From positions 92,914 through 156,333 of the forward strand of contig NIVC01002173.1 of assembly GCA_002269645.1 (NCBI GenBank): DNA of 63,420 nt, written 5' to 3'. Source of the DNA: Macrostomum lignano (Eukaryota). Positions 1-12,089 of this stretch are shown here, in pieces (the first letter of the stretch is position 1; each line of letters begins with the position of its first letter). A program made the position numbers and the translations under genes. Below the pieces are notes generated by a model. The model had not been told where the DNA came from. It worked only from the letters and a program-made list of their open reading frames with translations, and did no database searches.

Positions 1-1517
1 GCGTTCGCGAATCCCCAGCACTGCAGCCAGCCGCTGTAGTAGGGAGGGCTCGAGCCGAAGCAGTTGCCGATGCGGAGGCAGTCGTAGTATTGGCTGGCGA
101 CCGGACTGCCGCCATTTCTATTCGGTGTTTCTGTGTTGTGCAGGCTTCCATTCATGTACCACTTGTTCGCGTAGTTCAAGCGGCTCCATCGAAGCTCACT
201 CCCACCGAGTTGCGTCTCTGATTGCTGTCGTTTGGAATGACTGTCTGAGAGTTCACATAAGCATAGAGATCAGAACCGTCCACGAAGTATGTTCTTGCGT
301 AAACTCCGCCATTGTTATTGGTGCTCAAGTAGCTCACAGTCGAGCTCGAAGAGCAGCTGCTGAACGAGCTCAGGCAATTGCCCCTGCGCGCGTAAAAAAT
401 ACAATAAGAATATGCATAGTTCCTCAACATCGAAAGCAGATTATTCCCAAACTCAATATGAGTGTTCTTACGCGCCGTTGATCGCGAAAGTTCCTTGAAA
501 GAAGAAGCTGAAATCTTTTCCGACTTTGAAATTATTAAAATAGTTCGGCGTGCTAATTTCGATATAAGAGCCAGACGCGCCATTTAAACGAACTCCGCTA
601 GCTGAGTTCTGCTCGGCCACGCCAACCGGACTGGCTTGGTGGCTGATCGGGTCAACCAGGTTTGTGTAGCCTTCTTGAAGTCGTACCAAAGCATCATGTT
701 TGAAGCGAAGCCAAGAGCCGCAATGCTGGATGTAGGAGCCACAGTGGTGGTGCTTGACTGAATGGTGGTCGGCGATCCAGTTATTGTTAGAGGGTTGGGT
801 GAGCTGGTTTGCATAGTAGGCGGAGCTGGACCATCTGTGGGAAGTTCAATTAGCTCTACATAGTGCGAGACATTGGAATTAAGCCTAGGGGTGTAGCCTT
901 GTGGTTAGAGCGTCGGACTTACGACTGAAAGGTCGGGTTCGATTCTCGATCTACTCGAACAATTTGTGTCCTTGAGCAAGACACTTAACTCTGCATTGCT
1001 TCAGTTCACCCAGCTGTAAAATGGGTGCCAGCATTAACTGGGGTAATTGAGGATGTGTGTGGCGACGTCCCAGTCCTTGGACTGAACAGCCTTCAGATGT
1101 GCCGCGCAATAGCTGCGGCTGAGCTGTCGGTTGCACATCTGCCCATTAGGGCAGCTGTAATCAACTATTATTATTATTGAGCAAACAAGGTTTATGGAGC
1201 ATAGCTCTTACTGCAATTATCCGCACGCTTAAGTCGCGCAATCATCTCGGGTCCGCAGCTCCCGGCCGAGACGTCGGACAGGGTGTAGCAGGCCTTGCTG
1301 TCCCTCAGGTACACAGAAAGCTGGCACCCAGGGTCCAGGGTGCAGCGAAACAGGCACTCGTCTCCACGGCCGCAGTCACAGACTCCAGGCCAGCCAGTGC
1401 AGAGGGGCAGCTGCTGGTCGTCAGCTCAAAAATCGCGGAGCCCTGCGGGCACGCTGATGATGAACCGCACAGTAGCGAAAGCATGCCGATCAGCGCGGCA
1501 AAAGATGCTGAGATCAT
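1..1517 (-). pseudogene. Secreted PAN/apple + Thr/Pro linker + LamG/concanavalin-like protein, copy 1; frameshifted; runs off the window start
   Basis: Exons 1517-1227, 835-472 and 383-<1 with GT/AG sites. Signal peptide MISASFAALIGMLSLLC, Cys-rich PAN-like block, then LWYDFKK/GYTNL..VRLNGASGSYIEI..VGVSFDG..WYMNGSL..LRIGNC..YYSGWLQ. Three 1-nt frameshifts (~1340, ~672, ~180) are needed to keep the frame. Confidence 0.6.
888..1178 (+). mobile_element. tRNA-derived SINE (CORE/Meta-like central domain, (TTA)n tail), intronic
   Basis: Pol III A box (TAGCCTTGTGG) and B box (GGTTCGATTC); central GTGTCCTTGAGCAAGACACTTAAC..CACCCAGCTGTAAAATGGG resembles CORE-type SINE domains; ends in TATTATTATT; the 3' half recurs at 33396. 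Confidence 0.8.
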
Positions 1518-1944
1518 GACTAAAAGTTACGTTGCAAATATTTAGCATCAGGATTAAAGCAAGATTGTTGCGACTTGTCTTGCAAGGTGCATATATTATA
1601 TAAAGTTCAGCAAGCACCAATGAGAGTAGAGAAAAGACACGAGCTCAGTTGGCTCTGCTTCAAACTCATTTCTAATTCGATGAAATCGTTGTTGAAAGCG
1701 AGATGGCAGCAAACTCTTTGACTCCTCTGATTCAGTTTGCATATGGAAACTGGAAAAATTTTATATGTGGAAAATTATTCAAAAATGATTCGCGATGTCA
1801 GAGCTGTCGACTGAGCTGAATCAGGGAGGCAGTCGACTCGCAGCCAGAGCGGAGGCAATCAGGGCTATTGCTAGTATTATAACAGCACGTACATCTAGTC
1901 TACAAAAGACGTCCTTGGAGGCAAGCAGCCGCGCTCTTTCCAGT

Positions 1945-2055
1945 CAGTAGCTGTTCTTACTTGAATGTTCTTATTACAGAATCTTCTTACAGTAGCTGTT
2001 CTTACTTGAATGTTCTTATTACAGAATCTTCTTACAGTAGATGTTCTTACTTGAA
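1945..2055. repeat. 45-bp tandem repeat, ~2.5 copies
   Basis: CAGTAGCTGTTCTTACTTGAATGTTCTTATTACAGAATCTTCTTA repeated. Confidence 0.85.
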
Positions 2056-2617
2056 CATCAGCACACTCTGTGCCTGTGGGACCGACCCAAAAGCTGAAGA
2101 CCAGGGGGTACGGAAATGAAATCGCAGCGCATTTTTTCACGAAAGAACAACTCTGCTTTTGTCATTGAATATTGTTACAGTCTGGATGGGTGGCGATTCG
2201 AAGAATTTTAAGTGGATGGTAAAATCTTTTCGATCAATATCGATTCTCGACGACAAGAGAAAGACTCAATGGGCCTAGAAAGAATTCATGGACCGAGTCT
2301 GATGGTGTTGGCTGATCAGGCCCTGCTTTCCACCCCATCAAGCATCGCCCGCTCTCCCGTGTGATCTCCGCTTCTCTCCATAACGGGAGGCGGAAATACG
2401 AGCTAGTGAGGGAGAGTTTAGTAAGGCTGATGAACAGATTGTGGGTTGGTTGGTTGTTTTCTTGTAAAGAATTGAGGAGATATGCAGGTTTTTGGGGTTG
2501 TAAAATATTGAGAGTGCAGGTGGTTCTGGTTGATGGATAGGTTTGCTGGTTTGGGAAGAAAGAAATAATAAAAATGTTAGCATACGGAAAGAAGGTAAAT
2601 AACTTGATTAGTAAATG

Positions 2618-2875
2618 TACTGCCGGGTGTGCTGCCGGGTTTGCTGCCATGTGTGCTGCCGTGTGTGCTGCCGTGTGTGCTGCCGTGTGTGCTGCCGTGT
2701 GTGCTGCCGTGTGTGCTGCCGTGTGTGCTGCCGTGTGTGCTGCCGTGTGTGCTGCCGTGTGTGCTGCCGTGTGTGCTGCCGTGTGTGCTGCCGTGTGTGC
2801 TGCCGTGTGTGCTGCCGTGTGTGCTGCCGTGTGTGCTGCCGGATGTGCTGCCGGGTGTGCTGCCGGGTGTGCTTG
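2618..2875. repeat. 12-bp minisatellite (GTGTGTGCTGCC)n, ~21 copies
   Basis: Directly visible; produces spurious repetitive ORFs in all frames. Confidence 0.95.
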
Positions 2876-2939
2876 CTGTTCGCCAAGCTGGGAGGCGGCT
2901 GCAAATGGACAAAAGCTCGATCTGTCCAATGGCTTCCTG

Positions 2940-4350
2940 CAGCTTCCGCTCGCCGAGGACAGCAAAGCCTTCGCCAATACCAACACTCCCAAGGTACTTC
3001 CTTGATGCCTTCTGGCATCAAGTGCGTTACAGTGATTTTTCAACAGACTCTGGAAACTCTGCTAAGAGATCTCGACTCTGTCCAGGTGTTTGTCGACGAC
3101 ATTCTGGTCACGGGCAAGACGATGCAGCAACATATGAAACACCTGGAAGAAGTTCTTCAGCGCCTCCTTGAGTCGGGACTCAGACTGAACAAGCAAAAGA
3201 GCCTGTTATTCATGGAATATTTGAGATACCGCATGTGGACTCAGCCCGCTAACGCACAGGGTGGCCGCAATTCAAGACGCCCCAGCGCCGAAGGACGTCA
3301 GCTAGCTGCTCTCGTTCCTCGGCATGCCGGTTCCTGCCGCTCGATCAGCTGCTGGCTAAGGACGCGGGACAAGCCGCAGCAAACTACCTTCAGTGAGACT
3401 AAGCTGCTGCTGCTCCAATCACCGGTGCTGGTGCACTGCAATCCGGATCTTCCGCTGCGGCTCGAGTGTGACGCTTCACGGGACACGAAGTGGGCGTGGT
3501 GTTGTCCCATCTTCAAATGAGTTCGCTGAGTTCGTCAGGTCCAACGGAATCCGGCACATCTTCTCGACGCCATTCCACACGGCAAGCAACGGCCAGGCCG
3601 AGCGCTTCGCCCAGTTGCTGAAGCGGCATCTGAGTAAGTGCGGTCACTCCGACGAGCAACTTCAAAGACTGCTGATGGCCTACCGCAAGACTCCGCAAAG
3701 CGTCAGAGGCACCGCGCCCAGCCAGCTGGTCATTGGCCGCCAGCTGCGCAGCCGGCTGGGTCTCCTGACACAGTCTCAGGAGCAACAGCGGCCAGTGTAC
3801 CAGTTCCAGGCTGGAGATTGCGTGCTCTACCGCGATTTCAGATCTGCTGCTCGTACAGGAGAAAGCAGTCGCTGGGTCGAAAGGTTTCATCGTCAATGCC
3901 AGCGCTCGCAACTGGCAGAATCGATTGACCGAATCGATCAGCCGCACAGCTCCGGTTGAGGGCTGCGCGGCAACTGACGCTGGCGGCACGTCGGCCTCGC
4001 AGCCTCTGCTGACGAGACACCCCGGCGCTACCTGACTCGAGTTCGAGCACCACCTGACAGAATGGTGTAGCGGTGATGGCGTTAACTAATACACGCGATA
4101 CGGCATGGTGACACGATTAACTTTGCAATAGGTTGCGTACACTGAATTGTTCTCTAGCCAGTGACGATTGCTATCGCTATCGACCGGCTTAGGGACTTGA
4201 ATGAACTTGAATTCAACCCCACCCCATGCGCACTGTTCTGCACCCACCACCTCTCTGCAAAATAATAAACAGAGTCAGCCAAGCTCTCATGCGAGCACCT
4301 TCCTTCTCACTGCTTCCTTCTCACTCGTGAAAATGAAGTAAGCTGTAACA
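2940..4350 (+). mobile_element. Degraded, internally deleted Ty3/Gypsy LTR retrotransposon (RT, RNase H and integrase fragments; possible 3' LTR 4066-4350)
   Basis: IFQQTLETLL..QVFVDDILVTG..VLQRLLESGLRLN (RT), SPVLVH..LRLECDAS (RNase H), GIRHIFSTPFH..SNGQAERF..LMAYRKTP..GRQLRSRL (integrase), pol end PPDRMV*; candidate LTR TGT...AATAAA...ACA. Confidence 0.85.
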
Positions 4351-4389
4351 GAAGCCCTGTATGAAAAGAAAATAACAAAAATTCATTGA

Positions 4390-5040
4390 CTTCACATTGA
4401 GTTCACAGCAAAGTTTCCCTGAAAGAAAATGCTGAACTTCCGGCTTAGACGAAGGTTGATAGAGAAGCCAGCTGTGTTAGCAGCGACGTAGGAACGATGT
4501 TGACCGGCTCAGCGGGGTACAGCGATTCGTTGGCCAGGTTCTTGAAGCCTTTCTTAAAGTTGTACCAGATTAGCACGTCTGGAGCAAAGTTCAGCGTTGA
4601 CACTCCCGGTGTTGTGGCGTCTGGCCTTTGAGTAGTCGTATCTGGCTTCGGTGTGCTTCGGACTGAAGTATGTATTTGAGCAAGTTTAATTACTTTTCAC
4701 TGAAAAGACTATATTTTATCAGTCTAATGAAAGGTCAGAGTCACTTGGTCTACCGGTCCGTTTCTTTCGCGCAATCATTCCCGATTCGCAGAGCCCGGCG
4801 GTTGGCGGCATGGAGTTCAGGCTCCAGCAGGCAGCGCTGGCTATAAGAAACCGCACACTCTTCATTCAGGGTGCAGCTCAGGATGCACTCGGGCTCACTG
4901 GCTGTGGTTGCTGGTGCGCGCTCAGCCGATATCGATGGACAGCCGCTGGTCAGCAGGTCGTACACCGCAGCCACGTGCTCTCATGCTGCTGACTTATACA
5001 GGAGTAAGTTCAGATACAGCACGAAAGTAATGCGCACCCT
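4390..5040 (-). pseudogene. PAN + LamG-like gene, copy 2; 3'-truncated pseudogene
   Basis: Paralog of copy 1 (VYDLLTSGC..ECILSC; LIWYNFKKGFKNLA; FSIFFQGNFAVNS). No ATG found, in-frame TGA at 4981-4983 at the first Cys position, two frameshifts, and the last exon is missing where the Gypsy remnant begins. Confidence 0.7.
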
Positions 5041-5765
5041 AAAAATTCCAAAATTAGTTTCGTGAAGTTTTTCGAGAATTTACGCTCGTCGTTTTTCTCG
5101 ACGTTTTTCTGCAGTTGATCAACGAAGGAGAGCTTTTAAAGCTGGATCTCCAGATCAACTGAACCTGAATCAGCTTGTCTGTCATTGGTCCGGCTCACTC
5201 ACTAACAGTGTCGCCTAAGTGACTGATGATAAATTAGACTACCATATCACGCTCTTTTCTTGTGATATAAGTAGTAGCACATGAGTAGTAACTTTGAGCA
5301 GTTAAAAAATCAAGAAATGCCAATCTGAAAGACAAAAGGTAGCGTGGTAGTGCATGCTTGAATCTTTTGATCTCCGGTCACAACCTTCAACATTGTAAAT
5401 ATACAATGTGGCATAACAGTAAATATGTAGGCATTAAATGAATAAATAAAAAATTACATCTACCGTGTTTTGACTCACAAATACGAATAATCAGTACGTT
5501 TTTTTCTTAACCGGGAAAGTTCGGAATACGAGAAATTCAAGAAGCTGGAAATCAACAATATCTCAGCATGCCTCAGTAGTCTCCTATTTGTCTAGTGGTG
5601 TCACTTTGCTTCAAAATTTATTTCAGTAGGAGCAAGACTATATTCAAAACAAGTGTCGTAGATTGTTTGCTCCTTAATTCTTGTAAGGTGACATCCAACT
5701 AGCAAGGATTTAAAAGTTCTTTGCCGCAGCACATCAGGCTCCTCGTGCTGTCTCGCAAGTTCTGT

Positions 5766-8700
5766 TTATTCTTCATGGCCTTTCACCAGACTGATTACCT
5801 GAAACAAGTATTAAAACAAATAGCTATATCGATACTTCGAAAAAGTTCCATACTTGAAGCCCCGCCAAGAATTTCCCCAGCTTGCCTGGTGCCCGAACAG
5901 CAAGGCCAGCGTGCCGGATGCGCCCACCAGCTGGCAGACGGCCAGCAGGGCGCCCCGCAGCGGAGCGGCGCTGTCCGGCAGGCAGAAACCCAGCGCCAAG
6001 CCCACCAGAGCCGCGGTGCCGACATTGCGGACGCTGGCTGTGGTGAGGCGGGCGTCGCTTGGCTCACTCGGGCGGAGCTGTCGCGTCTCCCAAGCGAAAA
6101 ACAGCCCGAAAAGCAGCTGGATGCCTGAAGTACATAAATATTAAGGCTTGTAACTTCTTTGATCAACTTGCATATTCAACGGTTGCTGACCTTTAAACCC
6201 AATGAGGACGCCAATCCACACAATGTTGGAGCTCGATCGGCACACGGAGAGCACTTCGCGCACCAGCGAACCAGACTGAATGTTCTCCTAAAAGTGATTT
6301 CAGTACGAACTTACGAGTAGTTTCCGACTCTTATTTCCGCACAACGGATTTTATGGATGGATTGTATCTGACTTTGAATAAACCTAATTGTTACACTTCC
6401 TCTTACTAATGGATATTGTTGATTAACTTCAATGAGTGCATGTATGTAATGAAGTCGAAATTGATGCCATGATAAATACGTAGCTTGTAGCTCGTATAGG
6501 CTTTTAGCCATGCTCACCGAAGCCCAGAGATCGACAGTCAGTAGCTTCGTTGGGTCAAACACGGACCATGAAGTCAAAATTGCAGCGTCAGTTGCCAGCA
6601 GGGCCGCGACCAGGCCAGGAAGAACCGAGTCACGAGGCCGCTGAAGAGTTAAGAAGCGGAAGAATTGACTTACAGTCCATAAAAGTCCATGATTCGCTCA
6701 TATCTCTTAAGTCTCTACTTTATCTTCGTATGCATGCAATTACGAGTTATATTATTATTTAAAAGACATTAGCACAAGGGTCAGCGAAGAACCTGCTGGT
6801 GGTAAGCAGCTGTGGCCAGCCTAGCTGCAGATATATGTAGCCACGAGTATACACAACGAGCTATATCCGAGCCACAACTCATTTATGGGTCGCTCACACT
6901 TCCTGCAACGGTGCAGTGGAGGCGCCACATTTTAGCCAGCATGGCGCCCAGCCCGAAGGAGCAGCCGGTGCACAGCAGAACCGCCTGAGCCCAGCAAAGA
7001 TCGCAGGAGGCTCCAGCAACCAAATTCACGGCCTGAATGACGCAGCTGATGCTGCATAGCAGGCAGCCCACAGACACGCAGCAGTTCGCTCTCGGGCTGC
7101 TCAGCCTGATGACGGCTGCCTCTGAGCGGAAGATGTTCAGGCAGACTGATGCGATGCTGAGCACAGCGGTCAAACCGGAGATCGCAATGATGACGATGGC
7201 GGCCGGTGCGGACAGGGTCAGCTGCCGCCACTCCAGCAGCGGCTCGTCAACCGGCGGCTTGGAACCTGAATGAGTTGTTGGCTCTGTTTAAGCGTGTAAA
7301 TATTTTCTGTGCAATAAAATTATTATGCTGAATAAAACTTTACCAGCAAACCACAGTTGCTTTAGCCAGGTTATGGCACCCGTCACTGGGCTGAACTCTG
7401 CCACTAAATCAACTGTATTGTCTGCAATTAGTAATGAATGCTGGTATACTCGTAGCAAAGAGTACAGTTGAAATGTCACATTGATCTGGCTCTCACTTCG
7501 ATGCTGATATATTAGTAGATCAGCCGTGCGGTCGTTGTTGTCATCAAATGCGATGGGACCCTGGATACGGTAAAAAATATGCCTTTGTATTTAAAAACAT
7601 CACTCGTTTACCATGCTTATTAGTGATACACGAATCAAAGCCTACTGAAATTCCCACGAAGTTGGTTGACTTCAAACTTTCAATCAAGACCTGCTTGAAG
7701 GGTGTCTTGCGCCGGGACGAGTAGTTGCCGTTGTCCGAGTAATCTCCCTGCTGCAGCGTCGCGTTGATGGCCACCGCAGCTGTCAGAAAGGCGTCGAACT
7801 TCAGGTCGAGACCGAGGATTGTTGAAGACACCGTGAATTTTTCCCGGTCAGGGTACACGCTGAGGAACTTGTTGTACAGCTCTTTCGAAGTCTGAAGAGT
7901 TATGTTATTATTCAGTCGCTAAATACGGTGCCATAAAAATTATTGGGATTCGGAAATTCTTAAATTTAAATAATGTGAATTATGCTCTACTCGCGATAAT
8001 TGCCATCTCGCGAATAAAATTTGCGGGGAATTTATGAGTGTATAATGCCTTCTACAAAGTTATCCTTGATCGAGTGGAACAAGCAACTAGTGCCGCACCA
8101 GTCCGACAATGCTGCGCGGTCTCCGGTCGGCCATTTCAGTCACAACACTACCAAATTCCACAGAACCCTCCAGAGCTGAAGCGGCCGCGCTGGTTGAGCA
8201 CTTCGGTGGTCGCGAGTGCAGCCGCTGAGTGTAGCCCAAATGAATCCAGAAGTACTTGGGTCCGAACAGTCTGTATTTGAAGATCTGAGGGTTAGTAGAA
8301 TTACGTAAACCAATTGATTTAGAGCATTAAACTAGAAAATAAAGCTCATTCTTACCAAACATTCCAGCCGCTGCTCTTCAGAAAACACAACTCGAACGGC
8401 TATGAAAATTCGAATGTCTCTTGTCTGTAAAGGTCAAATGGGAATACTTAATGGTTTAAATGGTTTGAACAAATTGGAACCAAAATTACAGCTCGTTTCT
8501 GACTAGCAAAAAAATAGTCTTTCTAAAAGCCTGGCTTGAGCAAAAACAGTGAAAAAATCTATCGACTTGTTAGGAGGCGGTGCTTACAATCAGGTGCTCA
8601 AGCTGTTCTGTAGCGTCAGTCGCGTAGATCACTTTTTCGTAATGTGTGATGTTGCTGGCCGTCAGCTTTGTCTCCAAGTCGTTAACCATCTAGTAATTTT

Positions 8701-9900
8701 TTGTTTACAGGAAAGCGGATATAGCATTTGCCATGCAGCGGTATCAGCAGAACAAAGTGGCTTCTCTGATCAAAGACAGTTTTTTAAAATAGGATTCGAC
8801 TCAGAATCTCCGTTTCATCGCACACTAATCAAAAGCTAATAGACCTTCTGATTACGGGAAAATTCTGGTCAAAAAAGGCAAAACGGAAATAATTAAGACT
8901 ATTTCTGCCTCAGAAGCTCCAACTGGCGCCTCTTCTCTGAAGAAGTGTCTGTACCACGAACTAACTGCCCGGCCGCAAGGTTTGGGTTAGGCAATGCTGT
9001 AAGTGACCTTGGATTTCTAAAACGTTAAAATAAAATAAAACGTGATGTCATGACTACACTATCCTTCAACCAACGAGAATCAGATGGAGTAAGAAAACTT
9101 CTCGATACAGATTCAATGAACTCAAATTCAAACTATAAAAACTTTTTTTCGAAATTTTGGAAAGGGGTGCCAATGTCTCACGGATGCCACACTGCCAGAG
9201 TCGGCTACTAAAAGGCCAACCCTGGCCCATCGGTACCGCAGCAGCAGCTGCACAGTGAGCTCCGCGTACTGGCTCTCGGTGTAACACAGGCGAAAGAAGT
9301 ACGGATAGGCCCTCTTGTTGCTGAGATCCGAGGCCGGAGCTGACGTGCCGATCTGAAATTTAGTTTAAGAAACTTTCATGCATTTCATCATGTATTTTCA
9401 TTTTACTTTCATCACGCATCCCTGCCGCTCAATCCCACCTGGGCAGCATAGTAGTACTTGGCCAAGTCGGCCACTGACTGCGCCTGCTGAATGAGGACGG
9501 GGCCGATGACCAGGGCTTTCGGAGGCGGCGAAAAATAGCCGTCTATGAACTCCTTGACTGCACTGCCGGTGTCACTCTGAGGAAAGTTACAATGAGGCAT
9601 GAGGCGGACTACCGTTTTCATTGAGGTATTTTTGCACTGTTGCACTTTCAAGTTAAGAAATGATGAATCACTCACCATCACAGGAAACCGGTTCTCATAT
9701 TCGAGTCGGAAACTGGGAAACAGGTGGGTCAGGTTGTTAATGTATCCAACCGAGAACTCATTGTAATAGACTGCTGTTTCTTGACTGCTGGTTGACTCGT
9801 AGTCCAGAACTAGAAGGTGAAAGGTGCTTCTGTTTTCCGAGGCAGCTGCAAGAACGGCGGCGTCGTGCATACAAAAAGCTAAAAGCAGCAGGAGCAGCAT
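5766..9900 (-). CDS. GABA-B-like class C GPCR, paralog A (Venus flytrap domain + 7TM, ~14 exons)
   Basis: Signal peptide; KEFIDGY..KALVIGP; SDLSNKRAYPYFFR; RIFIAV; GPKYFWI; GPIAFDDNNDR; IRLSSPRAN; GAMLAKMWRLH; WSVFDP; WIGVLIGFKG; LFGLFFAWETR; stop at 5766-5768. Exons could be joined in phase. Confidence 0.88.
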
Positions 9901-12089
9901 GCTTTCTAGCAGTCACAGCCTCGAGCTCATTAGGAGCTTCAAGTTCAGGAAAGCAGATTAAGGCTAGTTGGATCAGACGTTAAGTATAGGATGGATAAAA
10001 TTCAAATTTGATCTCATTGGCTAGAATGGCCACCGTGGATGCACGAATTTTACTTGGTTCTTTGACTGCTACGAGCTGGTTGAATTTTATTCTAGAATGA
10101 AGAAAAACGGCAAACTTAGATAAAATGCTCAATTGAGAGGTCTGTCACTGATACCACTATGCCAAGGTTAATGAGATGTCAAGGCTCCCGGGATTTTTTG
10201 AGATGGGATCAAGAAAAATATGGAAATTTCGATTGCCTGCTGATGCAACTGTGCGTTTGACTGCTCCTGTTTACGTCCCCTTGCTCTGCCCCTCCGTATT
10301 TACTGTTCATTTATTATTCTCTCATGATTTCCTCATGTTCAAATACTGTTGATACATGGTCAAAGATGCATCTGCGTCAACGCTTCAGTTCCTCGCTTTC
10401 CAAGGCTGCTGCTTGGGGCAGCTCTTGGTTTGCTTAGTTTAGTTGGTTGTCGAGCCATCTTCCTGTCCTGCGATTTGCTTGAGTACAGCTTCCGATTCTG
10501 GAAAGGCGTGGTCGCGCTTCCGCTCATCACATTCATAAGAAACAAATCGATATTGAATTCGAGTGCACCAGAGCAATGTGCCGCGCGATCTTTGAACGCC
10601 TCTTGGTGAAGCTCGTTCACAACTCAGCGAAATGAGTCATCAAATCACACGAATACACGCTTCACGGATTTGTGTAAAATTCGAGTGATGGCAGCCGCAT
10701 GAATTCGCATTTTTCATGAAAGAGACAGAAAGTATTTCCTAAAGTGCTGCACATCCAACTCCTAGTGGTGCTGGTGTCCGCAGTAAAAATTCCGTGAACT
10801 TACACAAAGTGACTTTTTCGTCCTTAAAACTGATACTCAGTCATGTTAAATGACGAATAAAGTTCTGTTTTGACACCAGAAGGTGAAATCTACTACGAGT
10901 ACAGTCCGTTATTCGTTACTTGCTCCGGGACTGTGAAGTGATTCCGATAAATGTAAAACTAATAAAATGTAAAACGTTTGCTATGCATCTGCTTTCAAAA
11001 AATGTTCTGCAATAAATATCTCGAAAATTCTTAAACAGTTTTTAAACGGTTTTTCCAAACTTTTGGTGTTAGAGCGAAATTTCCCTAAAAATGACATGAA
11101 GACTTGAAACCTTGGTCGAATGATTTTTGAGTCAATTAACTGGCTGCTGCTGCTAGTTGCTCCATACTTACAAGTTTAGACTGCTGATGTAATCCAGGTG
11201 GGTTAGAAGTTATATTCTGACGCTTTGTTAAAATATATGTAATTTATTTCATTGTCCAAACGGAGACCTCTTTGTTTTATAGAAACACCTGTCAAACTTG
11301 CTCTCTTTGGCCAATTAATTATGTCAACCGCCCCGGCAATTAAAATTATTCACAGGTTTTGACCTCGGACCAGGCTGTGGAAAACTTAAGATTGAGACAG
11401 TGAAGCGATAGAATATGTAATTCGCGGGAATAACAGATAATTTTGTGAGCCACTGTAACCTGCTTTTTGCCTGCTAAATCATTAACCGCTTGAGACCAGT
11501 AATCACTGGCAACAATAGCTGAATATGGAATAATTAGCAAGCTTTTTCTCTGAACAACTCTAAGGAGACAAGCTGCAAGTCTCTCAACTCTCGGTGCAAA
11601 AACAGTTGCGCCAGCTTGTGAAAACGTCGTGTATTTCTAATTTTTTTCGGGTGAAAAAGCAAACAGAGCTTTTGATTGCTCGATCGAAATTTTGAGTGCT
11701 GAGGACCCTGAGAAGTGCATTGGGTTAGGGTTTCACGAAACGATTCCAGATCGATAACTAGCAGCTAGTCGTGAGAATAAGAAGTGAAACTTACTCATTG
11801 TCATATTTTTCCAGTAAAATCTTTGAGTAAGTATTTCTCCAGACAAAGTCAAAACTGCATTTGTTCAGCTCCTTATCTGTGCGCTGGAAATTTTCCACTA
11901 CTTTGCAAAATGGATGCATGTTAAAACCAGAATCCACTATATGGAAATCTGTTACACTAAGGATATTTTGCTTTCTAACTCTACGATCTGAGTCGAAGTT
12001 TCTACGATTGTGTTTTTCTCGAATTTCAATGTTTGTTCTGAAAACACTCGCTCGCACTGTCGTTGCTTATAAGCCTTGACGCTGCTCAG

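Noticed and set aside
888-960. tRNA-Val(TAC)-like gene
   Set aside because: Stems are degenerate and the sequence continues into a SINE body.
4981-4983. TGA at a Cys position as possible selenocysteine
   Set aside because: The same gene has frameshifts, no ATG and a truncation, so plain decay is the simpler explanation.
10349-12079. Short ORFs between the two GPCRs as a third gene
   Set aside because: Could not be chained into an open spliced frame; no motif recognised.
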